In this document: positions 1-29,530 of the stretch, in pieces | Layout: each line of letters opens with the position of its first letter | Position numbering within the stretch: the first letter of the stretch is position 1 | NCBI GenBank assembly: GCA_965153355.1 | Contig: OZ231126.1 | Location: 29,884,001 to 29,948,000 of the forward strand | Origin: Flaccisagitta enflata | Taxonomy: Eukaryota | Reading direction: 5' to 3' | Length of the DNA stretch: 64,000 nucleotides | The notes under the pieces: model-generated | What the model saw: only the letters and a program-made list of their open reading frames with translations | What the model was told of the DNA's origin: nothing | Database searches by the model: none | Program-made: the position numbers and the translations under genes

Positions 1-30
1 TTGTTCCTATGAAGAGCAAAGAGAAATTCA

Positions 31-146
31 ACAAGGCCAAGTAGGCCAATAAGGTGCGATGTGTGGATCGTCGAACGAATGCGTTACCCAACCAACCAAC
101 TGACGGACACAGCCAGTTATAGAGGTGCTTTGTCGCACCTAAAAAA
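31..146 (-). mobile_element. Second HINE-like short repeat family (plus-strand copy at about 48920-49018)
   Basis: Reverse complement matches gtgcgacaaagcacct...gtcgcaccttattggcctacttggccttgtt. Confidence 0.65.
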
Positions 147-282
147 CAAACTATTTATTTATCACTCATGGAAAAAAAAATTCTTTTTGATTGCGGACAC
201 GCAACTCTATAAGGGGCTTTATCCATCCGTCAGTCCATCTGTTGGTCCGTCCGTTGGTCCATTGGTCTGTCACGGTCGAGTT

Positions 283-355
283 GTGTGTGTGTGAGTGTGA
301 GTGTGTGCGTGTGTGTGCGCGTGTGTGTGTGTGTGTGTGCGCGCGCACGTGCACG

Positions 356-443
<88 letters not shown>

Positions 444-478
444 TATGTGGGTGTGTGTGTGTGTATCTGGAAGTGTGT
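283..478. repeat. (GT)n microsatellite within a HINE-like repeat (about 189-554)
   Basis: Directly visible. Confidence 0.95.
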
Positions 479-1578
479 GAGGGAGTATGTAGGAGGGGGC
501 TTGGATTTCCCTTGCCACCAGTCCGCAACGATATTGTGACTCCGTGTCACTTGTTTTACATTCAGGTTCAGTTATATAAGGGTTTAACTGTATTTCAATG
601 GATTGAGCAGCAGGCCTACAGTCAAATTGAAGGGGAACCAGAGACAGAGAGACAACTTTCTATAGATGTATGAAGTTGTATAAAAAGATACTTCTTAGTT
701 CTTACCATATCTAATTTGCATGAAGCATTCTCCCGATATAGATTTCGGCCCAAGGCCTTCGTCAGGAAAAGACCTGAATGAAAACATAAACATTTGTGGA
801 AGCATTTTGGAATACTTCAAACATTGGATCTTTATACCCCCGTGATCCAAAAAATTCTTGTTTTTTACCTTTTTAGGAAAAATTCAAGGCAAAGCTCTTC
901 CTGTCGACAGTTTCTGCGTTAGCGCGATTCGATTCACAGAGGCATTGCAATGCTCCAACCTGTTGCAATCGTACTTTTGAGTATCACATCGAAGCAGCAA
1001 CTTTTTGCTTCGATCTATTACTTAATCAGAACATCCGACGGTTGGGTGCTTCACATAGCAAAAGTTGCTTATTTCTTTTCATCCTCTTTACCTAATGTGG
1101 AGTGGGCAATTTTAGGACCCTTACCAATTTTCTTTTATCAAAAATTGTTCATCTTCCGTTTTTTAGAAAATTGTTTTTGAGAGCCTAATTTGTATATTGC
1201 AGTGGGATAAAAAAGTATGCTGATCTTTTCTGAATTAACTTTTATAAACTTCTGCTCTTTAGAGAATTGTTAACCTGCTTTTTCACAAGCTCATATGTAA
1301 CTTATGCTCTGATATTTTGATTTATTTTCACATAAACCATGGTTTTCTAAAACTAACAATTGTTCCTTTTGTAACAAGACTACACAGGATTTTGCTGAAT
1401 TCTGGAAAACTGAGTTAACTTTAAGGCCAAAACAAAAACGGAAGATGAAGGAATTTTGAGAAAAGGAAAACGGTCATTTTCATGATTTTTTTCACTCCAT
1501 ATTGGGTTAGCGGGACGAGAAGAAAATCAAATTTTTTGCTATGCGAAGCACGCAAATCCGACGGTTGTCCGATTTTTT

Positions 1579-2013
<435 letters not shown>

Positions 2014-2950
2014 TTCACCTCTTAGCATCAGCGTTGGTCCTGACGCATTGTCACGCCCAAGCGCATTCACGTTCAACAATTCATTAATTCAAATGAATAA
2101 AATCTTGCTTTATATCTAGTAGCAACTGAAAAATACTCCGATGAAAGAGAAAATCAAGAAAAAGAAAAAAAAACTTGATCTAATCACGAACTGATAGGAG
2201 GAAGAAATGTCAGTAACGGATAATTTTACACCAGCATTTTATGTTCGCTCCACTTATGAATCATGAAAAAATTGTCAATAAACAGTGTATCGTGGGCTGG
2301 GCTGATTTCATTACTTTTGTGATACCAATTATTGCAATACATTTTCTGATTTTAGTCTTAACATGTACAGAACAAAAAAGTAGAAAACAAAAATTGATCC
2401 CAGCCCTACAAGGGTATGAAACTTTTTTCATCCCTTAAGTTATGGGGTGACACACCTTTTTATCAAAAAAAAATTTTCTAGTAGGGCTCAACCTGAAAGA
2501 CGAGGTTTATCCCGGGCTGTCACTAAAGTGACGACTTTGCCGCTTTAAGGCAGGATAATAGGCCCTCTTAGGGTCCCCCTGTAAAAAAATCTCATGATCG
2601 ATAGGCCTTCTTAAACAAGATGATTTAGTAATAAAAAAAACACAATTTTTAAAATGATTTATTAGTCTCATTTTCAACAAAACTAGGTGCAGTTGTTAAA
2701 AATATATATTTTTGACAATCTTTGCATGCGCTAAAAAAACGAAAGATAATTGAAATTGAAAATAAGTGTCTTCATACTACATGATGATGATGAGCTGATC
2801 AAAAGACCTTTTGCATATTGACACACCCGACAGGAGCAGGTCTGGCACAAAATCATCTTTTGGCCATTTTTGAAATTGACGAAGTCTGACCAACGCAACG
2901 CCGAGCAACGCCGAGCAATTCCGTTCAAAACATTTATCCGATCCCATGTA

Positions 2951-3518
2951 CAGTACCTTCCGAGCAAACCCGGCTAAAACTGGAGGATTAATTTTTGTTA
3001 CTTTAATTTTATTTCTCAAACTTAATTTTTTGTATCTAACTTAATTAAAGATACTTAACCTGAATATTATTGTTAATAACTGTGAAATCAAAGATAAACA
3101 TCAGAATTGAGTGTTCTAACAGACCATTGATTTTAGGTTTCTTATCTTTACAAGTCAAGAATTATTTCAGATTTTATAGCCATTGCAAGTTTCAAGGACA
3201 ATTGTCTCAAAATAATTTAGGACAATTGTCCTTAAAAACTTTAAATGGCCATAAAATCTTAAATAGTTGTCTAACTGAGCTGTTCTTGTAGTCTAGGATA
3301 GGTAAAATTTTCTGCCGAATCCAATAGGGTTAGAACACTCAATTCTGATGTTTTCATGCACTTTGATTTCACGAGTTATTTTTTTTCACAGCCAAATATG
3401 TTCAAGGAATTAAGTATTTTTTATTTAAGTTAGATACAAAAAATTAAGTTTTGGAAATGAAATTAAAGTAACAAAAATTAATCCTCCAGTTTTAGCCGGG
3501 TTTGCTCGGAAAGTACTG
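2951..3518. mobile_element. Hairpin MITE, Tc1/mariner-like
   Basis: TIR CAGTACYTTCCGAGCAAACCCGGCTAAAACTGGAGG, TA on both sides. Confidence 0.85.
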
Positions 3519-4736
3519 TAACTAAGAATAAGATCTGATAAACAAACTCAAATCTACTCAACTCAGCTCAGGTCAATCCTCCAATCACATCTGGATAGTA
3601 AATAGCGCTTACTGTATGACATCTACTTGGTAATAGCTCGAGAATCTTGGGCCAAAAGACTTTATAACCTGAAACTCTCAAAATGAAGTTTTGATAGTGG
3701 AATCAACTTTTTTCACCAAACAGGTTTTTTTTTCTTTTCATTTCTTTACTGTTCTCTTGATAAGAGAAGTGTCTTGAATTGCGATCGATAAGCGTATTTC
3801 AACTTCCTCATTTCATTGATCCTCAAACCGAAAATTCCTTCTTAAGATTCTGTTTTCTTGTCAAACGAATTTCAAATCTATCCTTCAAAAAAAGAAAAAA
3901 AGAAAAAAAGAAAGCACAGTTGCATCCCATATTGGCCATTGCCCAAAAGGAGTTGTGCCCATGAACTTTTTTCTGATCTGTCATGACGTGATGACGGGGT
4001 TTGACTGCATATTCTTTAATCTAGATTTAAGTATAAAAGAACCAAGCTCGCCTCAGACTGTGTCATCATGCTTTCCAATGTATAAGAGAAGACAATTACC
4101 GATCACAAATTACTTAAACTTGAAGTTTAAAAACAAATTTCTTAAAAAAATTCTCTCACTATCTTTCAAAAGAAGATTTCCATTTGTGATCCCGTGTCCG
4201 TCCGTCGGTCTGTCGGTCGGTTGTTGCACCGAGGGAAAAAAACAAGAGGCAAGTAACAAAGAAAAAAAAAAAAGAAGCGAAAAAGAAACAAAGAAAAACA
4301 TAAAAGCAAAGATGGGGAAAAAAAAGAAAGATACAGGTAAAGAAAGCGATAAAGGCGGGCTCACAGGAGTTTGGAGCTCGTCCTTGAGAGGGTATGTCCA
4401 TCTATCCGTCTGCCGGCCTGTCAGTCTGTGGGTAAAGAATTTGTTTTAACGATCTATCTGGCGCATGTGTTGGCCAAGTGGGCAAACTTGGCCTTGTTAT
4501 CAAGACAAAGCCCAACAGTGTTTTTAAGTCGCGGACACGCGACTCTAGAACTTGCCGTGTCGGTAGGTCGGTAGGTCGGTAAGAAATATTGTTAAATTGC
4601 GAGCGGTTTTCGCATTACGGCTCCTGCCCAACCGTCCGCGACTGTATTGCCGTGTATCCGGCCTTGTTTTTTTTCGAACCAGAAATGCAAAAAAATGTGA
4701 CGAAACAAAGGAACGATTATTAAAGACAAAGAAACT

Positions 4737-20488
<15,752 letters not shown>

Positions 20489-22169
20489 TCGGTTGACATC
20501 GATGGTGAAGGGTTTGGGGGATGGGGGGGGGGAGTTGGGAGTAAGTAGGGTGCGAAAAGGGGGTTACGGTTAAGGCAAATGTCACGGTTCCACAGCAAGC
20601 AGGAGGGCCGGACCTACTACCAATCTACGTTAGCACAAGCTTCCGATACATCTTAAGATGCGGATTAAATGGTTCAAAGACATTCATATCTACCCAATGC
20701 ACAATTTCAAACAATTTTTTGTGACCCTCCCTACCCCTAGGGGGTCTGAAAATTTGGTCAAAGGGCTTTTTTTAGCTTGTCTCCATTCTGTCTCCAGTAG
20801 AAAACAGCAAGCAAAACCAATCAAGAAATGTCTTCTCCTATGATTTTATGAGTTTTAATCAACTAGTACTAGTCCCACAGGATACACAAAAAAATTCAAC
20901 TTAGTAAGCAAACTATAAGTTACCAAAAATTGGTAAATAATTCAAATTTACCCCTGCTCGATTTTTTTGCTTTTTTTCTCTCGAGGCTGAATAGCATGAT
21001 ATTTATTTTTTTTTTACCTCCTTTTTCTTGAACATTAAGCATTTTGTCTTTTGCCATTCGATGGACAACTACTTGAGGGACATTCCCCTCCATTTTCATG
21101 TTATTGGGTTGATCCTAAGCAGAGAAATAAAAATTTTCTTGGAGCGTATCAATTCGCGCACACCCCCAAATTTCTTCCTAACGCATACCTAACGCTTAAG
21201 ATATGCCACTATGGTGTGGAAATGACACATTTTACATGAAATCTGACCACACCATGTGAAAGAGCGTGAAATTTTGATTCTACCCTGATAATTTGGAGTC
21301 TTAACTGCCAGACGTTTGGTCACAATGAAATTTTACATTTTGTCAGTCCTGAAGTGTGAACAGAATTGATACGCTCATCAAACAATTCTCGTAGTTAATT
21401 TCTTCTTAACGGAGGTCAAGATTTTGCAAACTTAGAACTAGAAGGAAAAAAATGCAGTATGTACAATTGACAAAAATGCCCATATCTCATGAACCTTTTG
21501 AGCTACACCCATGATCTTTTGCAGGAAAACAGACTTTACCAATAGAGATTAGGAGAAAAAATTTGATCTTTTGAAAATGAGTCCATCCAGCCCAACCAGC
21601 CCAACCAACCTACCAGATGAAAAAATGAAAAAGTGGCATAACTTTTGAATGAGTTTACCGATTTGGCTAAAATTTTGCATTAAAGGTGTTGAAGAGTATC
21701 AACATCACGAGTATGAAGAAGAGCTTGGTAGAACAAATTTTTACTGCACTGCTCAACCAACCAAAAATGGTGCTTATAGAGATTTTTTGAAAATTCATGA
21801 AATTTCGATTTTTTTTCCATGAAACATCCTCACACTATTGCTTTTGAACATAAATTAGGTAAAAAATATTCTCATATTGATTTTTTTACTACAATATGCT
21901 TAATTTTGTATTGTTTTGTTTACAAAATCTGTCTGATTAAGCTTAATTTGCATGAAAAATGAGCTCAGTTAACAAAATTCTTCTATGGATTTGTAAATGT
22001 TACTTCATCAGCTATACAGTAATGTATAGTTTTGTTGAATTTGAATCATTAAAAAGATGGCTAATTCTACCCCGACCAACTTGCCGTTTCTTGACATTTG
22101 CCTTAATAGTTGTACAATGAATGTTTTCAAGAGGAAGATTAAAGATTGATTGAAAGTCATCATATTGTA

Positions 22170-25100
22170 ATGATGACTTTCAATCAACTACTAATTGCCG
22201 AATATGGAGTCGGAACTAAACGACAGGTGAAAACGCTTTCACGATTAATGCTGAAGCTTGCTTCTGCAAGAAATCGTACTTGTTTTCTTCAACGATGCAT
22301 TGCCAACAACATCGTACCTTCGTCTTTTCGCAATCGCTGCCCCATTCGATCCAAACGAGCGTTCAATTCCAACAGACGTTACCAGCAAGCGCTCACTCGT
22401 GAAGCTCTCTACCTTGCACGCAGTGATATCCATAGAAACTCAAACAAAATTAAACGCACTAAGGATTTACTCAAAAATACGCTAAGTGAAGAACATTTCA
22501 ATATCGTAATTCGCCTCACAGATCAATCTTATGAAAAAACTTTCAAAAGAGATAAAGAAAGATTAGTACGCAAATTTGATAATCTCAAAGAAAAACAGGA
22601 AGAAAAGATTGCTAATAACCAAGGCCGTCCATCCCTTATTAAAAACCCAGTTCTCCAACTCCAACCAGAAGATGAACCTCTCCCACCTGAAGCAGTTGAC
22701 CTTCTCTCACTAGGCCCGAAATTCGCCCTTACTCCTGACAAGATCCCCGACATGCCCATAATGGAAGAAGTAGAGAAAAATGCCCTTAACATGGAAAGGC
22801 AAGGTAAAAACCAAGATGCTGAATGCTTAAGACATGACATTGCTAACATTTTAATCAAAGCCAAGCCCCCTCCATCTAACCTTACCAAACGTCAAAAAAA
22901 AAGGATATGATTATTTAAAGAAAAATAGTGATCATTTGGCCGTCGTCCAATTTGACAAAGGACAAGGGTTTTCTAGTTTAAAAAGAAAAAAATTGGAAGA
23001 AAAAACTGAAAAAGAGTTCACAAACGTTTCACTAGACACACCAGATACCACACTTAGTCTGGAAGGTAAAATCCAACGTAAGCTAAGAGATCTTCATAAA
23101 CAAGGCAAGATAGACACTGAAACATATAAAAATATATACCCATCTGGCTCAGTTACCCCTACCGCTAACCCGGTCATCAAAGCTCACAAACCCGAAAAGG
23201 ATTTCCCCATAAGAATCATCATTAGCCACATAGGAGCCCCCCAAGAACCCCTAGCATCTTTTCTCAACAAAATTCTTATGCCATATGTCGAAAGTAGCAA
23301 ATACACGTGCAAGAATAGTTTCGAGTTCATCGAGAAAACACGTAAGATAAAAGTAAGCGCAAATGAGAAAATGATCTCATACGATGCAACAGCCCTCTTT
23401 CCATCCATTCCCATACAAGAAGCAATTAATCACATCAAATTGCTTCTAGAGAATGACCCGGAGCTTGCATCCCGTACCAAATTATCTCCTAGTGAGATTG
23501 CCGAGCTCATATCTCTTTGCGTTTCTACTTCCAATTTCATATACAATGGGAGACATCACACCCAAAAGGACAGTGGGCCGATAGGATTATCCATAATGGT
23601 CACCATCAGCCAAATATGGATGACTTACCATCTTGACGAGGCCATTGAAATCGCCAACGCCCGCAACATCCCCGTACCACGGCATATCACCATCTACATG
23701 GATGATTGTTGGGGTCTCGTCTGCTACCCACGTGAAGGGCTTCGCAGTAACTCACCATCTACTGGGGACCCAGCAGTCCTATTCAACCAATGCTTAAACG
23801 AGGTACATGAGAGAGTCCAATTTACTAGAGAGGAAGAAAAGGAAAATTCCATCCCATTCCTTGACGTTTCCCTCACTAGAGAGGCTAACGGTAAACTTAC
23901 CACCACAGTCTATCGCAAGCCATCCAACACAAATATCACCATTAAGCCCAGCTCATGTCAACAACCATCGACATCCATTGCCACCTTCAAGGCTGAGCTT
24001 TGCAGAGCCCATCGCATATGCTCCACACCTGAGCTCCTCAAAAATGAAATCAACTTCATCATTAATCTTTTTGAGGATAACGGACATGAAAGAACCGAAT
24101 TGGAAGAGATTGCCTCAACTTACCAGCCTCCACCATTGAAAAAAAGGTCCAAGAACAAAAAGAGACAATCTAAGAACAATCAAAGTGAAACCAATTCCGA
24201 CATGCCTGAGAACCTGTTTGACATCCTCCCATTCCGTGACTGTGACCTTACTGATGATACGGAGAAAAAACCATATGCCCGTATCCCGTATATGCCAGGG
24301 CCAGTTTTCCACCAAATCAAACGGACCCTCAAAAAATATGGCATTACCACCTGTGCCACTTCAGGCCGCAAACTTGGGAGTGTTCTCTGTGCGAAAAACA
24401 AAACACGGCCACCGCCGACCCACTTCAAAGGGATCTATTTACTTAAATGCACCTGTGACGACAAGGCCACAGTGGGCCTTAATAAGATATGGGTTCAAAA
24501 AAATCCAAGAGCAGTAAAAAGCTTGTATAAATAGGAGAATTGATAGGAATCTCTCAAAAAAAAGACCTGAAAGTTCAAAAATCACTAAAATATGTCCATT
24601 TTCTTATATATTTATACATAGATCTCAATTATCCATCAATTTTGAAATTCTGATTCCAGTTTCATATTCCTGGTAAAATTTCCAATCATTTGATAGGTCA
24701 CACTATATACTTTCATGTAAAAATAAAATTTTCGTATTTTAGGCCACCGTTGCATTTTTGTAACGGTGACATAGAAAACAAAAATTTTATTTTTACATGA
24801 AAGTATATAGTGTGACCTATCAAACAATTGGAAATTTTACCAGGAATATGAATCTTGAATCAGAATTTCAAAATTGATAGATCATTGAGATCTATCCAAA
24901 AATATATAAGAAAATGGACACATTTTAGTGATTTTTGCGAAAACTTTCAAGGGAAATTTTTTTTTAAGGGTCAATATCGATTTGTCACTATAAAATGTAC
25001 CTATTTATACTAGTCACTACTGCTGAGGATTTTTTTTGACCCATATCCAATTAAGGCCCACTGTGAGGCAGTGTACGTTGGCCAGACGATACGATCTATC

Positions 25101-25394
25101 TGCCAACGATGCCAAGAGCATAAAAAAGCGGCGGAAAAGGAGAATTGGGCCCACTCAGGAATCTCTCAACACAAACAGACCTGTAAAGCCCCGGTCGATT
25201 GGGAAAATCCCACAGTTTTGGCCACCATGAGTGGAAAAAACAAGAGACGATTAGCATACGACCTCAAAGTACGAGAGGCATTGGAAATCAGGAGACATAA
25301 TTGCGGTCCAGGATCGGGACTCAATGAAGATATGGGCGCCTACGTGAAAACATCTCAATGGGACCCTGTCTTCAGAAAAATGGCAGTGACATAG
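22170..25394 (+). pseudogene. Penelope-like reverse transcriptase/GIY-YIG endonuclease ORF (about 873 aa reconstructed), disrupted by a +1 frameshift and a MITE insertion
   Basis: N-terminal FLQRC..NIVP, FDKG, KAHKP...PIRII, SYDATALFPSIP, GPIG, IYMDD, IPFLDV, VYRKP; GIYLLKCTC|DDKAVYVGQT..R..EH..H..REALEI..LN. Removing one A from the A9 run (22894-22902) and the 24468-25069 insert restores a single frame. Confidence 0.9.
24468..25065. mobile_element. Non-autonomous CMC (Chapaev-like) MITE inserted in the GIY-YIG domain
   Basis: TIRs CACAGTGGGCCTTAAT..GATATGGGT, palindromic interior, 4-bp TSD AGGC (24464-24467, 25066-25069). Confidence 0.85.
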
Positions 25395-25540
25395 CGGCCT
25401 TGGATTGGGGCCAGGGGGGGGACCACCCAATTCTGGGTCTTGTGATCAATCTTGGTCAATCCTCTCGTCTGCCTTTATCCCTTTCTATTCATTCTGTTTC
25501 CTTTAAATTCTCTTGTCTCTTTCTCTGTTTTTCATTTCTT

Positions 25541-25583
25541 TGCATCTGATGATGAGCCGAAAATCGGTTTGAAAATTCATGCA
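25541..25583 (+). ncRNA. Minimal type I hammerhead ribozyme in the 3' region of the Penelope-like element
   Basis: tgcat-CTGATGA-t-gagccga/aaa/tcggttt-GAAA-at-TC-atgca: stem I, conserved core, stem II, vestigial palindromic (AATT) stem III. Confidence 0.7.
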
Positions 25584-26223
25584 TAAAATTCCATGCAAAT
25601 ACACAGTACTCTCCATAAAAAAAGTCTACTTTTTTTCGAAGATTAAAGATTTTTATGAAAGAATGGGGGTTAGGAGACGGGAGTGGGGGTAGAGGGTTGC
25701 TGTAATTGCTAGGGAAGGGTGAATGACTTGCATGATATGATTATTGATATGATGGGGAATGTCGGATATTTGGGGAGTTATCAGTGTGTTGGGGGTTGAA
25801 ACGTTTGAGCAGGTTGATCAATTTGTTTGAAGGGGGATTTGGGCCGTGGTGATCCATGATTGGTTAGAATTGGTTGGGCAAGGATGGTTGACTTGGAAGG
25901 AAATAATATGCCAGATCGATGACATGGATGATTGGCGCTTGACTGTGCATGTACGGCCTGGTTTTATATTTATTTCTAGAATGATTACATCATTGCGTTT
26001 CCTGGTTACTTGCAAACTGACAGCGGAAAAATTCATTTATAAAGCAAATCATGTATGAATTATGAGCTAAATTAAAACATGTCAATGTAACTCTTTCCGT
26101 AGTTGATGTTGATGTTACCTTTGACTGGTAGGCAGACGAGGAAGAAGGTTTCAGTTGAGACCGACACCGTCAGCCAAGCGATAGCCGTGTAAAATATCTC
26201 CCTGTAAATGAAAAATATGGAAT

Positions 26224-26441
26224 ATAACTCATGTCCCACAATTATTGCAAAAGTAATGCTTCAAATAAAACTATGAAAAGCATACTTCCAGTTGACCCAG
26301 TCACATGAAATTTAAACTGTAGTTACCCAAAGGTGTTATAATGCTTCAGTTAAAATTGTATACAACTGCGCCAACTAGTAGTATGCTTTTCATGGTTTTA
26401 TTTAAAGTGAATAAGTCCAATAATTGTGGGACAGGTGTTAC
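26224..26441. mobile_element. Short hairpin MITE
   Basis: tgtcccacaattattg / caataattgtgggaca; inverted aaaagcatact / agtatgctttt. Confidence 0.6.
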
Positions 26442-27090
26442 ACAGGACCACCGCTAGAAGCCTAGAGCGCACCCGCTATAAAGGCATGCCCGCCTATAAG
26501 GCATGCAACTTACTACCCCTTGAGAAATTATATCTTCATTTCTATATTAGCAAGAGATAACTTTTAAAGGTCTTTTGTTTCTGAACTTTCTATATTCGTT
26601 TTTCATTCGACTCTACACCCCGTCCGTTGGTTGGTTGGTTGGTCGGTCGGTCCCGTTTTTGGGCAGCGGCTCCACAGGGTCGATGTCCTGTAGGACACGG
26701 GTGAATTTCCAGATGTCCGCCCGTCCGTCTGTCCGTCCATCTGTCCGTCCGTCTGTTCATCCGTCCCCCCAGACCCCTCTCAGGCCCCAACTCAGCCCTC
26801 TTGAGCCCAAAATCGGCCCTCTCAGGCCCAAAATCAGTCCTCTCGGGCTCAAAACTCAGCCCTCTCAGGCCCAAAATCGGCCCTCTCAAGCCCAAAATCA
26901 GCCTTCAAAATTAGCTCTTTAAGGCCCTAAATCAGCCTTTTCAGGCTAAAAATCAACCATGTCAGGCCTAAAATCAACCCTCTCAAACCTATAATCTGAT
27001 CACTAGGGTCTCAATTCAGCCCTCAAAAAAACCCTCTCAGGGTTCTAATCAGCCCTCATCCCCCCTGGACCCCCAAATCAGCCCCTACAT

Positions 27091-27441
27091 TACGCCTATT
27101 GCATCCCGGGACTTTGCTGAATCTCCCCTGTGCGCCCCCTTCATAATGTGACACTCTCGACTTTATTTCAAAACAGGCCAATGCGCAGCTTTCTTCCATG
27201 ATGGGAACCTTTTTTAGGCTCAATTTGAAATTAACAAAGAAAATAAAAGGATTTTCTTAAGAGGATTCTTGAGGGGATTATTCCCATTGATTTCAATGTA
27301 AACTTTTAACGGACCTTAAAAAGGGTTCCCATCAAGCTAGAGAGCTGCGCACTGGCTCATTTGAAATGAAATAGTGAGTGTCATATTATGAAGGGGGCGC
27401 ATAAGAGCGATTCCTCAAAGTCCCGGGATGCAACCGGCGTA
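27091..27441. mobile_element. Hairpin MITE with 8-bp TSD (hAT or Mutator-like)
   Basis: TIR TACGCC..TTGCATCCCGGGACTTTG; TSD ccctacat at 27083-27090 and 27442-27449. Confidence 0.8.
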
Positions 27442-27514
27442 CCCTACATGCCTCATCATCAGGGCCGTATGGCAAGGGGCCGCCGGGGCCGCCATGGCGG
27501 CCCTTTGTTGGGAC

Positions 27515-27550
<36 letters not shown>

Positions 27551-27993
27551 GACCAGGCTTTCTTTTACTGATGTGCAAAAAATTACTGTTGACTATACAC
27601 ATACAGATAAAAAATCACTAGTTAGATTGATCAGAATACTAAAAGGTTCTTGTGACACAAACAAAAAGTGGCACCCCCAAAATCATAGATTCCCATACGG
27701 CGCTGTTCATCATTGTGCTTCAATCGATGAAATCAGTCCTTTAATGTGCCTTTTCAGGACGTCTGGAAACTCACCCCTGTGTCCTACAGGACATTGGCCC
27801 TTTGGGGCCGCTGCCCTGCTCTCATTCCACTTCTTCAGCTGATCACTCCAAGCAGGGCATCGGGTACCGCCGACCATGTGCGATTCTTGGATGACTAGTT
27901 ACTTTTTCGACTGCTCCTGCCCAAAAACCCCAGTGACCTTCTTAATCACTGCCCCTGCCCACCCGCGCGTGACTAGGGTAACCGTGTATCATA

Positions 27994-28539
27994 CAGTAGA
28001 TGTCATCTAGACTTGGAATTATGGGGGAATTGATTACAGGAAGACAAACTTTAGACAAAGATATTTGGAATATAGACTAATAAAAGGATGCTTTATTGCC
28101 CATGGGTGTTGGTTGCCATGGAAACATATTTTCATGTATTTACGCTGAAGTATCAATATTTTGAGAAATTTTATGAGGGAACATTGTTTAAAATAAAATT
28201 TGCTACAACTTTCCCACAATATGTTCTGTAAGAATATTGCACGTTTAGCCGTTGCTAAGGAGCGTAACTATGTGTGACAGCCCTGTGATGCTCCCTAGCA
28301 ACCGCCAAACGAGCGATATTCTTACAGAACATACTGTGGGAAAGTTGTAGCAAATTTTATTTAAAATAATGTTCCTCATAAAATTCTCAAAATTGATACC
28401 AGCGTGTGATGAATGTGTTTATAACCATATGCAATAAGCATCCTTTTATTAATCTATATTTCAAATATCACTGTCTTAAGTTTATTTGTCTTCCTGTCAT
28501 GAATTCCCCCGTATTTCCAAGTCTAGACGACATCTACTG
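27994..28539. mobile_element. Hairpin MITE, Tc1/mariner-like
   Basis: TIR CAGTAGATGTC.TCTAGACTTGGAA, TA flanks; inserted in the 3' end of a HINE-like repeat. Confidence 0.85.
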
Positions 28540-29530
28540 TACCTTGTTTTTTTTATTTCGTTCAGTTTTTTTCGCGTTGTATCACATTTATTACATGTGA
28601 TTCAGGCAGTTTTTTTTGTCGCGTGCTACGCGACTCTACACCCCGCTTTGTCGGTCCGTCCGTCGGTCCGTCGGTCCGTCGGTCCGTCCGTCCGTCCGTC
28701 CGTCCGTCCCACTACTTTTTCGGCGTTAATGGGGGTTTTGGCCTTATTGCTCCTGCCCAAATGTTCCACTGACCTCAATTATGGCCCCTGCCCACCCACA
28801 CGCGACTGGGGTAGCCGTGTATCCGGCCTTGTTTTCATCAGAGCTCCTGTCCATTAACTGAAATAGTTTCCGCATCAATGACAATGTCCCTGCCCTACCG
28901 TACGCCTAGAAAAGTCTTTTTATTCGAATCTATCGATAGTTAGCTTGTTACGGCCGGATTTCATAAATCAGAAGTCAGAACGGCGTCACTCAAAACTGAA
29001 TTCATTCAGGCGAAACCACTTGGCTTTATCTGTTGGTGTCGTTCCTCATAAAATATGCAGGCGTAATCTAACGATAATCCCCCATTCATGAATCATACAA
29101 GATCTAATGCGCGGCATTCCATCCACGTACACGAATGAGCTCACAAAGCGAGCTTTACCGCTCCAAGTCATGAAATATGCAAGCGAAACCCTTTTTGCGT
29201 TAGCGATGAGGCAAATTTGAGTAGTATGACAGGGCAACAAAAAAAAAATAAACAAACAAAAAACAAACACACACAAAAAAATCAGTATCACGTGCTTATT
29301 TAATTAACAGAAACCTTCTCTTCAATTCGCAGTCGCAAATGACTATTTTTATATCACACTTAAGTCATACATAGACAGCAATTGCTAGAAATGATGATGC
29401 TTATACTATCACTCACAGACGGTGATGTCAAAGGCTCAAAGCTGTGTCTCATAAAAAACGCTTCGGACGTCGTTGTCAATTCCGGGACGTGGCCGTTTTT
29501 TCCGTTATCCACCCGCCTCATTCTCATTTT

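Larger units (their letters stand above)
22148..25637 (+). mobile_element. Penelope-like retroelement (GIY-YIG-bearing, Penelope/Poseidon type), near full length
   Basis: RT + GIY-YIG ORF, 3' UTR with hammerhead motif, flanked by the 14-bp direct repeat gaagattaaagatt (22134-22147, 25638-25651). Confidence 0.92.

Noticed and set aside
24468-25065. RAG recombination signal / ProtoRAG or Transib element (ends are CACAGTG)
   Set aside because: The heptamer matches, but the ends are symmetric with no 12/23-spaced nonamer, and the TSD is 4 bp rather than 5 bp. A Chapaev-like MITE fits better.
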